Notes under the pieces: model-generated
What the model saw: only the letters and a program-made list of their open reading frames with translations
Told to the model about the DNA's origin: nothing
Databases searched by the model: none
Origin: a virus
Reading direction: 5' to 3' (one strand)
UHGV virus genome: UHGV-0236300
DNA length: 64,000 nucleotides
Shown here: positions 30,368 to 39,249 of the stretch, one piece after another
How the letters are laid out: the number at the start of each line of letters is the position of its first letter
How positions within the stretch are numbered: position 1 is the stretch's first letter
Program-made: the position numbers and the translations under genes

Positions 30368-30868
30368 GTGAAAATTAAAATCTTTGCTATTATTTTGAGC
30401 GCATTTTTATCGCTGCCTGTTGTTGCAGCACCAAAACAAAAAGTATATCACACTTGCAAGCCGTCGGATACTAAGGAAAACATTCTAGCATGCAATATCT
30501 ACAGGGAGGCTAGAGGGGATGGCACGATGGGGATGCTGGCATCCGGATTTGCCACACTAAACAGGAAATCTCACCCCAAATACCCAGACACTATAAGAAA
30601 GATTGTCTACCAACCTAACCAGTTTTCGTGGACAAACCACGGCAAAACTTTTAAGGTGACAGAAAAAGATTCATGGGATCACGCTAAAAGTCTTGCAAAG
30701 ATGCTTCTAAAGGTCTATAATAACAACCATGTTGCATACATGGCTATGGATATAACAGGTGGAGCAACACACTACCATACAACAAAAGTACGACCGAAAT
30801 GGGCAAAAAAGATGCAGAGGACAGCTCAATTCGGGAGTCATATCTACTACAAGGAGCGCAATAAATGA
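30368..30868 (+). CDS. secreted cell wall hydrolase, SleB-like
   Basis: GTG start; N-terminal signal peptide MKIKIFAIILSAFLSLPVVAAP; motif YREARGDG...ATLNRKSHPKYPDTIRKIVYQPNQFSW. Confidence 0.7.
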   Translation: MKIKIFAIILSAFLSLPVVAAPKQKVYHTCKPSDTKENILACNIYREARGDGTMGMLASGFATLNRKSHPKYPDTIRKIVYQPNQFSWTNHGKTFKVTEKDSWDHAKSLAKMLLKVYNNNHVAYMAMDITGGATHYHTTKVRPKWAKKMQRTAQFGSHIYYKERNK

Positions 30869-32847
30869 TTGTAAACAGCAATGAAACTAAAGCGGTGCTA
30901 ACTGGGAATATGGAGGTAACCAGGGGATCAATTTCTCTGAACAAAGAGACTTTTGGGCTAATCATCAAAGGGATTTATGAAGATAAGGTACTGGCAAGCT
31001 GCCGTGAACCGATCTTCAATGCTGTGGACTCCCATGTTGAGTCTGGACGGGGTGATGTTCCGATCATCATTCACTCTCCTACAGACCTTGAACCATACTT
31101 CTTTGTGCAGGACGTTGGATTAGGCATGTCAGAAGAGATGGTCCGTAACACTTTCATGAACCTCGGTGAGTCGACCAAGCGCAACAGCAACGCTCTGGTA
31201 GGCAATAAAGGTGTTGGTTCAAAGGCCCCGTTCAGCATGGTGGACACTTTCGATGTAATCAGTGTGCACAACGGTGTGGAAAGCACATACCTATTGTTCT
31301 TGGACCAGGGTATCCCAAATGTCACCAAGATCCGTGAGCGGAAGACTGAAGAGCACAACGGGGTAAAAGTTCAGTTTCATGTTAAGAAAGAGCATGTTCT
31401 GAAATATCGCACCGCTATTGCATCATGCCTGCGCTATGCAAAATTTCCGTTCACTGTCACCGACCCGATGACGAGCAAGATGCTGGAGGGAGACAAAGTA
31501 GAGGCGCAGTATTATTATGAAAAAGATGGTTGGAAGATGACCATCCTGAAGGGTTATACCAGCTCTGACGAGAGTCGTGTGGTAATGGGTCACCAACCTT
31601 ACCGTTCTAAGTTCCTGGAGACACTAATAGATTATCCTGCAATTTGTGTAGAGATCCCTATCGGAGATTGCAATATTAACCCAGGGCGTGAATGGACCAT
31701 AGAAGGTCACGACGATGGTGGATTCCAAGAGCGTTTGGAAGCTTTTGTCAAAGAAGGCATTCGCCTTCGTGGAGCAGAAGTTGTTGCAGAACTGGAGACA
31801 GCAAAAACATCCTCAGAAGCACGCGAGATGATGAAGAACAGTGGAGTGTTCGGGCACATCTTCGGTAAGAATTTTATGTATGACCGCTGGGAAGAAACAG
31901 GGCTAGGAAATTTGGGGGACTGCGAGATCTTCGCTGGCGGCTTAAATAAAGGCCGCATAGGTTACGCCTGCTACGGAAAGGTAGAATTCTTACGGGGAGT
32001 TTATTTAGTATTTAACGACGGAGACGGCAAATATAACCGGAATAAGTGTAACTACTTAAGCGAGATTACCGGACGCAACGTTTTCTATTGCCGTAACACG
32101 GATCTGGTGAAAGAGTTTAAAGAGGCGGCACACCATCCGTTTTTTGCAGATACGGTCAAATTGTTATCGGAGCTTCCACGCCGACCTACGAAGAAAGGTG
32201 AAACCAAAACCCGTTACGAACCAGGCTATTGGGTTAAAAAACTTGAGAAGGATGGTTACTTCCGGCGTGAGCGTATTACTAAGGCAGAGTTCAGGAAGAT
32301 TAAGCACTGCATACCGTATGAGGGGGATATCCAACGCGGAAGTTGTTGGCTAGGGCAGATGAGCAACATCTACCAGCAAGATTATGACCGTGTGCGTGCG
32401 GCACTCCAGATTCCTGAAGGGGAAGATCTGTACCTGGTGTCGGAATCTCGTCTGCTTTGGACTGATCCTGATTGCCAATATGTTACAGAGAAGAATGTGG
32501 AACATTTGTTGAAAGAGGATGCTTGGAAATTCTTACTAACTCGCGCAGCAAATGAAACTTCATATGACAGCCTGTACAGACAGTTAGGTAAAATTATCCC
32601 CATGCAGGATTTTGGAAGTTATCGGCCACATTTCCACAAGTGGGAAGGTAGCACCACGTGGAAGTACGGTGAGCTAAATCATCGTGCCAAAATCTTAATC
32701 GCCAACCGGGTTAAGTGCGGGAAGGCCTATATTGCAAGATTGGAAAAGAAATATCCACTTTTGAAGCATGTAGGCTTGAAATATTGGGATACTCCTGCTA
32801 TGATTGAATACCGTGAACTGATTGATACAAAGAATAACATCAAATAA
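30865..32847 (+). CDS. GHKL (Bergerat-fold) ATPase-domain protein, Hsp90/HtpG-like N-terminal domain
   Basis: N-box IFNAVDS, G1 box QDVGLGM, G2 box GNKGVGSKAPF with NLGESTKRN between, Hsp90-like; ATGA overlap with upstream gene. Confidence 0.7.
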   Translation: MIVNSNETKAVLTGNMEVTRGSISLNKETFGLIIKGIYEDKVLASCREPIFNAVDSHVESGRGDVPIIIHSPTDLEPYFFVQDVGLGMSEEMVRNTFMNLGESTKRNSNALVGNKGVGSKAPFSMVDTFDVISVHNGVESTYLLFLDQGIPNVTKIRERKTEEHNGVKVQFHVKKEHVLKYRTAIASCLRYAKFPFTVTDPMTSKMLEGDKVEAQYYYEKDGWKMTILKGYTSSDESRVVMGHQPYRSKFLETLIDYPAICVEIPIGDCNINPGREWTIEGHDDGGFQERLEAFVKEGIRLRGAEVVAELETAKTSSEAREMMKNSGVFGHIFGKNFMYDRWEETGLGNLGDCEIFAGGLNKGRIGYACYGKVEFLRGVYLVFNDGDGKYNRNKCNYLSEITGRNVFYCRNTDLVKEFKEAAHHPFFADTVKLLSELPRRPTKKGETKTRYEPGYWVKKLEKDGYFRRERITKAEFRKIKHCIPYEGDIQRGSCWLGQMSNIYQQDYDRVRAALQIPEGEDLYLVSESRLLWTDPDCQYVTEKNVEHLLKEDAWKFLLTRAANETSYDSLYRQLGKIIPMQDFGSYRPHFHKWEGSTTWKYGELNHRAKILIANRVKCGKAYIARLEKKYPLLKHVGLKYWDTPAMIEYRELIDTKNNIK

Positions 32848-32857
32848 GGAGACCAAG

Positions 32858-34063
32858 ATGATTTTCATCTACGAACATTTCAAAACTCGTAAAGAAGCAC
32901 GTGACCGCCGTGCAGAGCTTGAGAAGAAGGGTTTCACATGCGCTATTGAGAAAGGTAACACAACCTGGACACTGGCAGTAGGTGCCCCAGAGTTGTTCGA
33001 TCCTGACCGTGACAGCGTCTGCTACACCCGTGAGGATTTTGAAACCCGTGAAGAGGCCCGTTTATTTCGATATGGGCTGGAAGATAACGGTAAGTACGCC
33101 ATGATCTTAGACTTAGGCGAAGGTTCCGTTAAACGTTGGGGCGTGGTATATCCGCTGTGTGTTGTTCACGGTGTAGGGTTCACTGGGGTAGCAATCAAGT
33201 CAGAAGAACCTTTAGTAGAAGTCAAAGACCCGGTGCTGGAGGTGGTGAGCAGTGTGTCTCAGCAACAGACCCGAAGCATCGAGCCTTTGGTGGTTATTTG
33301 CGGGGAACTCCTCCAGATCACCTGCAACGAAGGTATTTTTGAAATTCGCCGCAGTGAAAGTGAGGAAGTTTACCAGAAAGTCTTCGACCATATCTCTGTT
33401 CAGGAATATGACGAGGCAATTGGTGAAATCCTTGTCTGGCTGGAACGCAAGAATGAGTTCACCACACTTGCAGACAACCTGATCATGAAAGATGGTAAGC
33501 TCTACTACTACGGTGTAGAGATGCGATCCACCATTGCAAAGAAAATTGAGAAAGATTATGCAGACGGAACACTGGATGACCGCTATGTGAAATTCCTCGT
33601 TCGCCTGCTACGCAATCCTTCTGCAAAATCTGTAAACATGCTCTACGATTTTATGCAGGCAAACGACATTCAGATTGCAGAAGATGGTCGAATCATTTGC
33701 TACAAAGGGGTTCAGTTTAACGGCGACAAGTGGGTGGATTGGCACAGTGGTAAAGTCCCACAATACCAGGGGGCTTTTGTATCCATGCCTCGTAACTTTG
33801 TAGAGGATGATCCGGAAGCTGCATGCTCTTATGGCCTGCACTGTGCCAGCAAAGAGTATGCAAAGAGCTACGGAACTGTGATGACGGTTATGGTTGACCC
33901 TGCTGATGTAGTTAGTGTACCTTACCGACACAACAGCGCCAAGTGCCGTGCATGCCGCTACGAAATCGTAGTAGCTCCAGAATCGCGCAAAGATGGCGAC
34001 CCAATTGAGTACGTGGTTGACCGCGACGGTAATACTATCGACATTATCTACGAGGAGGCGTAA
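32858..34063 (+). CDS. hypothetical protein
   Basis: ATG preceded by AAGGAG (track start 32822 overlaps upstream gene without RBS); Cys cluster CRACRYE near C-terminus. Confidence 0.6.
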   Translation: MIFIYEHFKTRKEARDRRAELEKKGFTCAIEKGNTTWTLAVGAPELFDPDRDSVCYTREDFETREEARLFRYGLEDNGKYAMILDLGEGSVKRWGVVYPLCVVHGVGFTGVAIKSEEPLVEVKDPVLEVVSSVSQQQTRSIEPLVVICGELLQITCNEGIFEIRRSESEEVYQKVFDHISVQEYDEAIGEILVWLERKNEFTTLADNLIMKDGKLYYYGVEMRSTIAKKIEKDYADGTLDDRYVKFLVRLLRNPSAKSVNMLYDFMQANDIQIAEDGRIICYKGVQFNGDKWVDWHSGKVPQYQGAFVSMPRNFVEDDPEAACSYGLHCASKEYAKSYGTVMTVMVDPADVVSVPYRHNSAKCRACRYEIVVAPESRKDGDPIEYVVDRDGNTIDIIYEEA

Positions 34064-35433
34064 TGGAAAAAGGGCAGTACGATGTAGGCACAGATGCTGC
34101 CCTTGTTGCAATCATGAGCGGTGAGAATGTCTTCGTAAGTGGACCTGGTGGAACCGGGAAGACATATCTTATCAACATGATCCAGTCCATGTATGGAGAC
34201 TCTTGCATAACGGTTGCCCCGACAGGGGTAGCCGCTTTAAACGTTAATGGAGCAACAGCGCACCGAACTTTCGATCTTGCCGCAGGTGTGAGCATGGAGT
34301 CAGACTGGACAGCAATAAGGGCAAAAACAGCAAAGCCTCTGAAAAGCAAGGCATTTACCATCCTGATTATCGATGAAATCTCTATGATCCGTGCTGACAA
34401 GTTCATAGAGATGGATAGAAAACTCCGCTTTCTTCGGAAAAATGACAAACCTTTCGGAGGCATTCAGGTGTTATTGTTTGGAGATTTCTACCAAGCACCT
34501 CCAGTTGTCTCTTCTATGGAGAAAGAAGCCTACTTCAACTTCTACCACACAGATCTGTGTTGCTATACAGAATCTTGGGAGGATCTTAATCTTCACAACA
34601 TAGCCTTGGTAGACCAGTTCCGTCAGGAATCTGTTCGCTTCGCCACAATGTTGAACTGTGTTCGTGAAGGTCGTCGCATAAAAGAGGTTGTAGCAGAGCT
34701 TAACACTCGTTGCTATCATGGTGGTGTCCCAACAGATGCCTTGACCATCTGTGCCACCAATAAGCAAGCAGAGGAGGTGAACAGACGTTTCTATGATGCC
34801 ATCAAGGCCCCAGAGAAGACCTACATTGGTAAAATGAAAGGTAAGTTCCCTTCCACACTACCTGTGGAGCAGGAAATGAGGCTGAAGATAGGGATGAAGG
34901 TTATGATAACCTCAAACGATGTTGACCCTACTCACAAAGTTCCGTATTATGTTAACGGGACACGTGCCACAGTGGTAAAATTCAAGACCAAATCCGTAGT
35001 AGTTGAGCTAGAAGACGGAACACAGGTTGAAATTGAGCCGAGATTGTGGGAGAATAACGAGTACAAACCTTCCCAGAGGTACAATATTGCCGAAAGGAAG
35101 ATGGAGAAGTTCATAGAGAGGGTTGTGATCGGGTCTTATGAGCAACTTCCTTTGAAATCTGGGTACGCAGTAACATCGCATAAAAGTCAAGGACTTACGT
35201 TAGATTGTTACAACCTAGACCTCGGAAAGAACGGAGCTTTCTCTCCCGGAATGACGTATGTTGCCTTGAGTCGGGTTAAGACGATACAAGGAATAAACTT
35301 GTTGCGTCCATTAAGAGAGGTGGATATTATTGTTGACCCGAGAGTCGTAGAGTTTTATAATACAACTTTCCCTGGCTTAGACGAGAAAGTCAGGAAAGAT
35401 TTTGAAACTAGAGCAGAAAAGGGGGACGTATGA
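34063..35433 (+). CDS. SF1 DNA helicase, RecD/Pif1/Dda-like
   Basis: Walker A GPGGTGKT, Walker B LIIDEISM, C-terminal TSHKSQGLT...YVALSRVK. Confidence 0.85.
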   Translation: MEKGQYDVGTDAALVAIMSGENVFVSGPGGTGKTYLINMIQSMYGDSCITVAPTGVAALNVNGATAHRTFDLAAGVSMESDWTAIRAKTAKPLKSKAFTILIIDEISMIRADKFIEMDRKLRFLRKNDKPFGGIQVLLFGDFYQAPPVVSSMEKEAYFNFYHTDLCCYTESWEDLNLHNIALVDQFRQESVRFATMLNCVREGRRIKEVVAELNTRCYHGGVPTDALTICATNKQAEEVNRRFYDAIKAPEKTYIGKMKGKFPSTLPVEQEMRLKIGMKVMITSNDVDPTHKVPYYVNGTRATVVKFKTKSVVVELEDGTQVEIEPRLWENNEYKPSQRYNIAERKMEKFIERVVIGSYEQLPLKSGYAVTSHKSQGLTLDCYNLDLGKNGAFSPGMTYVALSRVKTIQGINLLRPLREVDIIVDPRVVEFYNTTFPGLDEKVRKDFETRAEKGDV

Positions 35434-35771
35434 GTTTGTGGAGAAATATCGTTAACTACGTGTGTGGCAATCCGACTCCTGAAGAGAAGGATGTTGTGAT
35501 TCACGATTTTACTAAAAGATCTCGTGAAAAAGATCTACTGCTAACAAAGGTGACTGATAAAGATCCTGCAGTAGGGGACTGGGCAGGTTTTGCGTTTACA
35601 TCGGACAAATACACCTTTAACAAAGGTGACTACCTTGTTGTGGATTTTAACGAAGATATTGAGGGTGCTGAACCTTACTATCAAACCCTTATTGTTGCAG
35701 GGTGTGTTGATCTCTCTGCAGGCATGCACAGTTTGATTCTTTTTGAGCTTGACTCTGAAGACCTTGAGTAG
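35430..35771 (+). CDS. hypothetical protein
   Basis: ATGA overlap with helicase gene. Confidence 0.55.
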   Translation: MSLWRNIVNYVCGNPTPEEKDVVIHDFTKRSREKDLLLTKVTDKDPAVGDWAGFAFTSDKYTFNKGDYLVVDFNEDIEGAEPYYQTLIVAGCVDLSAGMHSLILFELDSEDLE

Positions 35772-35788
35772 TAAGATGTGAGTATAAA

Positions 35789-35806
35789 GGGGAGGCACTC
35801 CTCCCC
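35789..35806 (+). other. strong intergenic hairpin (GGGGAGG-CACT-CCTCCCC)
   Basis: Perfect 7-bp GC stem with tetraloop; no downstream T-run, so probably not a plus-strand intrinsic terminator. Confidence 0.5.
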
Positions 35807-35832
35807 ACAAAAACTAAGGAGAGCACCAAACG

Positions 35833-37176
35833 ATGAGTAAAACCAAATTAGAACTTACCTGGATAGGTAAGAACGAGCGCAAAAAGCTAGAGCCTCACAT
35901 TTTGTTAGAAGATTCGAGCAAGTCTTATTACGCCAGTAAAAAGGTGACCGAAAACGATATTTTTGATAATAAACTGATTTTTGGAGATAACTTACTGGCA
36001 TTGAAGGCACTAGAGCAAGAGTATGCAGGCAAAGTGAAGTGTGTTTACATAGACCCGCCATTCAATACCGGAAGGGATTTTGAGCACTACGATGATAGCC
36101 TGGAGCACTCCATTTGGCTGGGCTTAATGCGGGACAGATTAGAAATAATTCGTAATCTGCTAAGCGATGATGGAGTGATATTCGTTCACTTAGATGACTG
36201 CGAAATGGCTTATTTAAAAGTCTTGATGGACGAGATTTTTGGTCGTGCAAATCAGTTAAATACCATATCGATGACTACAAATTGCCCTTCAGGCTTTAAG
36301 GCAACAGGAACTACAGTTTTCTCCACAGCAAACTTTTTGCTTGTATATGCAAAAGATCGTACCAAGAAACCACTTAACAAAATCTATATACCTAAAGAGT
36401 ATGATACGGGATATAACAAATATCTATTAAACCCAGATGACCATTATAAAAGTTGGACGTGGTGCGGTATTGCCGATGCGTTTGCAAAGGCCAATGGCTA
36501 TAAAGATACAAAAGAAGCCAAGAAAAAACTGCCTGATACATTTGATGATGAATTAGCACAATTTGCAATTGATAATGCAGAACGTGTATTTCAATCCGTT
36601 GCAATTGGCGGTGGTGCCAAAATAAAGAGAAAAGAAACTATCGAGAAGTCAAAGAAAGATAGGGATAAGGTTTATGTACATCCAAATGAGGATGTCGAAG
36701 GCTTTTATATCGCAAATGGTAGGCAAATGGTCTTTTATTCCAATAGGCTTTTGGAAATTGACGGCAAGATGCAGCCTGCTGAACTAATAACTGATGTTTG
36801 GACTGACATTAGTTGGAATGGAATAGCAAATGAAGGCGGCGTTAGTTTCAAAAATGGAAAAAAGCCCGAAGCGCTTTTGAAGCGAATTTTCGAAATGTGT
36901 ACGCGAGAAGGAGATTTAGTCTTGGATTCATTCGGCGGTTCAGGAACTACTGCTGCCGTAGCTCACAAGATGAAAAGACGTTGGATCTCTGTCGAGTTAG
37001 GTGATCATTGTCATACCCATATCATCCCGCGCTTGCAAAAAGTGATCGATGGCAAAGATCAAAGTGGTATTTCTAAATCTGTAAACTGGCAAGGTGGCGG
37101 GGGCTTTCGCTATTACAAACTTGCCCCGAACTTAGTTATGAAAGATAAGCTTGACTCAGAAGAAGATTTAGAGTAA
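35833..37176 (+). CDS. DNA methyltransferase, N6-adenine/N4-cytosine class (DPPF motif)
   Basis: Motif IV VYIDPPFNTG; SAM-binding LDSFGGSGTTAAVA; RBS AAGGAGA. Confidence 0.85.
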   Translation: MSKTKLELTWIGKNERKKLEPHILLEDSSKSYYASKKVTENDIFDNKLIFGDNLLALKALEQEYAGKVKCVYIDPPFNTGRDFEHYDDSLEHSIWLGLMRDRLEIIRNLLSDDGVIFVHLDDCEMAYLKVLMDEIFGRANQLNTISMTTNCPSGFKATGTTVFSTANFLLVYAKDRTKKPLNKIYIPKEYDTGYNKYLLNPDDHYKSWTWCGIADAFAKANGYKDTKEAKKKLPDTFDDELAQFAIDNAERVFQSVAIGGGAKIKRKETIEKSKKDRDKVYVHPNEDVEGFYIANGRQMVFYSNRLLEIDGKMQPAELITDVWTDISWNGIANEGGVSFKNGKKPEALLKRIFEMCTREGDLVLDSFGGSGTTAAVAHKMKRRWISVELGDHCHTHIIPRLQKVIDGKDQSGISKSVNWQGGGGFRYYKLAPNLVMKDKLDSEEDLE

Positions 37177-37235
37177 TATTTAAAATATCTAAGGGTAGGT
37201 CTACTCTTCACACAAGATAAGGAGAACACCAAACG

Positions 37236-37478
37236 ATGAAGCGTTATAAACCATACACTTTTGAAATCGATTTCGAACTTGACGATATGCTCACTGTAGA
37301 AGCTCAGGCAGTTGTCCAGTTGCCAGATCCGGAGTGCCGTGATTCTGATGTTGATTATTATGGATTTAGACAGATTACTGATGTGCATGTTTACCACACA
37401 ACGGAGAAGAGGTGGATTTTCACCAGTTACCAAACGATCTGCGCCACTCGATTTACAAACGTGCAGCACGTGAACTAG
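37236..37478 (+). CDS. hypothetical protein
   Basis: 5' leader nearly identical to leader of methyltransferase gene. Confidence 0.5.
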   Translation: MKRYKPYTFEIDFELDDMLTVEAQAVVQLPDPECRDSDVDYYGFRQITDVHVYHTTEKRWIFTSYQTICATRFTNVQHVN

Positions 37479-37539
37479 AGTCCTATCTGGATGCAGCGAC
37501 GACAGCGGCAGCATTTGCTGAAGAAGTAGGAGGCTTCTA

Positions 37540-37938
37540 ATGATTACAGATGTGAAGATTATCCAATACCACCTAACCAAATTAGAAGATGCTGAAAAAG
37601 AGCTTGCAGAAGTTCTGAACAGTGGGTATACTTTACTGACATGCTCCTGCTCAGACACATACATTGTGTGGACACTTGCTAAGAAGGAAGAGCCTGCATG
37701 GATCTTGGTGCCAAACCCAGAGATCGCTAGTGAAGTTGATGGCTACTCCCAAGATAACGGCTTGCCAGAAGGTTGGGAAGTGTGGGAAGGTGGTGAAAAC
37801 CCTGCACCAGGTAAGTGGGTAAAATACAAACTACGTAGCGGTGCACAGTATGCTGACTACTCTGATGACCTAGACTGGAGTCACTCTTCACCAGGATCAT
37901 CTGCAAGTGCATATGATATTGTTGCTTTTCAGGAATAA
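37540..37938 (+). CDS. hypothetical protein
   Basis: RBS GGAGG; 132 aa. Confidence 0.55.
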   Translation: MITDVKIIQYHLTKLEDAEKELAEVLNSGYTLLTCSCSDTYIVWTLAKKEEPAWILVPNPEIASEVDGYSQDNGLPEGWEVWEGGENPAPGKWVKYKLRSGAQYADYSDDLDWSHSSPGSSASAYDIVAFQE

Positions 37939-37950
37939 GGAGAGGGTGTT

Positions 37951-38433
37951 ATGTCAGATTTTATGTGGAAGGTAGGTTATGCCTCTCCTGAAATGTGTGA
38001 GGCTTGTTTTGTGAAAATAGGCCGCGAGGATATTGACAAAGTGATCCTTAAGTTTCGTGATGTGTCTGTAATCGGCAACCGAGTTCTTAAGCACTTAAAG
38101 AATCTGAAGCTCACCAAGAAGAAGTTCTTCGGACTTTTCGAAGAGAAAGTTGATGCTTGGACCCATTGCATTCAGGAAGCTAAATCTCACTACAGTGCTA
38201 TCGTTACTCCGGAACGGGTAGCCAAGATGGAAGGATTCATCAACAGCACGGAGTTTGAGTGCCTAAAGGCTGCCCTTGATAGCTATCCAAAGTGCCTCAA
38301 ACACCTTGACAAGTATGTAGAAAAGGATGGTGAAATGTATCTCACCCTGGACGCATACTATGAGATGCAAGAAATTTTAAATTTAGATTTGACATTGGTA
38401 TCCACCGAGTATACAATAGGTATCCGGGTTTAA
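37951..38433 (+). CDS. hypothetical protein
   Basis: RBS AGGAGAGGG; terminator follows. Confidence 0.55.
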   Translation: MSDFMWKVGYASPEMCEACFVKIGREDIDKVILKFRDVSVIGNRVLKHLKNLKLTKKKFFGLFEEKVDAWTHCIQEAKSHYSAIVTPERVAKMEGFINSTEFECLKAALDSYPKCLKHLDKYVEKDGEMYLTLDAYYEMQEILNLDLTLVSTEYTIGIRV

Positions 38434-38439
38434 CACTAT

Positions 38440-38468
38440 GCCCTGCCCGAAAGGGTGGGGCTTTTTGC
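38440..38468 (+). terminator. rho-independent terminator
   Basis: GCCCTGCCC-GAAA-GGGTGGGGC hairpin plus T-run; near-identical copy at 49441. Confidence 0.7.
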
Positions 38469-38484
38469 ATTAGGAGACAGCAAA

Positions 38485-39249
38485 TTGAAATTTATCTACA
38501 AAGAACACTACCACAAAGGTGTCGTGTGGAGTCTATTTGACGGGTCTGGTGGTGCAGTTATTGACTGGGCAAAAGCTGGGTACCTGTGCCTGTGCTTTAA
38601 TGCAGAAGGTGCTGACCACGGTAGTTATGCAGAGGTGATAACCGATCATCCTAACATTCACTATGTGGATTATTGGATTGATCCATGGTTCCCTCAAGAA
38701 ACTTTTTGCATGTATCCAGCTCCAGACTTTATTCTTGCATTTCCTCCGTGCACGCATTTAGCAGTATCCGGAGCTGCACACTTTAAGAAAAAGCTGGCTA
38801 AGGACCCACTGATCCAAATTAATGCTGTGAAAGATGCTCGGGTTGCAGAAGAGTTGGGAGAGATTTATGATTGCCCGTGGCATGTAGAGAACCCTGTAGG
38901 AGTTATGTCAACACTGTGGCGAAAACCTGATTACCGTTTTCATCCTTCGGATTATGGTGGGTATCTACCAGAGGACGATGTAAACCCATGGTTTCCTGAA
39001 TTTATAGCTCCACGTGATGCCTACCCAAAAATAACTTGCGGTTGGATAGGCAATGGATTTATAATCCCCGCCACAAAACCTGTCCCGCAAATAGTTGATG
39101 TGGTTAGTGGTTATTCCATGCAACACGCTAAGCTAGGTGGAAAGAGTGCAAGGACGAAGATGATTCGAAGCCTTACACCACGTGGCTGGGCAAGAGCTGT
39201 ATTCTTAGCAAACGAGCCTGCAGTAAGGAGAAGAATTAATGGGCAGTAA
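38485..39249 (+). CDS. putative C5-cytosine DNA methyltransferase-like protein
   Basis: Motif I LFDGSGG, PC-type motif FPPCTH, ENV-like HVENPVG; TTG start 8 nt after AGGAG (track GTG 38455 lies inside terminator hairpin). Confidence 0.45.
   Translation: MKFIYKEHYHKGVVWSLFDGSGGAVIDWAKAGYLCLCFNAEGADHGSYAEVITDHPNIHYVDYWIDPWFPQETFCMYPAPDFILAFPPCTHLAVSGAAHFKKKLAKDPLIQINAVKDARVAEELGEIYDCPWHVENPVGVMSTLWRKPDYRFHPSDYGGYLPEDDVNPWFPEFIAPRDAYPKITCGWIGNGFIIPATKPVPQIVDVVSGYSMQHAKLGGKSARTKMIRSLTPRGWARAVFLANEPAVRRRINGQ

Noticed and set aside
32822-32857. Track starts that overlap upstream genes (for example 32822, 45730, 46463, 56345, 61808, 63817)
   Set aside because: A downstream in-frame start with a canonical RBS at 5-10 nt is more plausible in each case; the longer versions would contain their own RBS.
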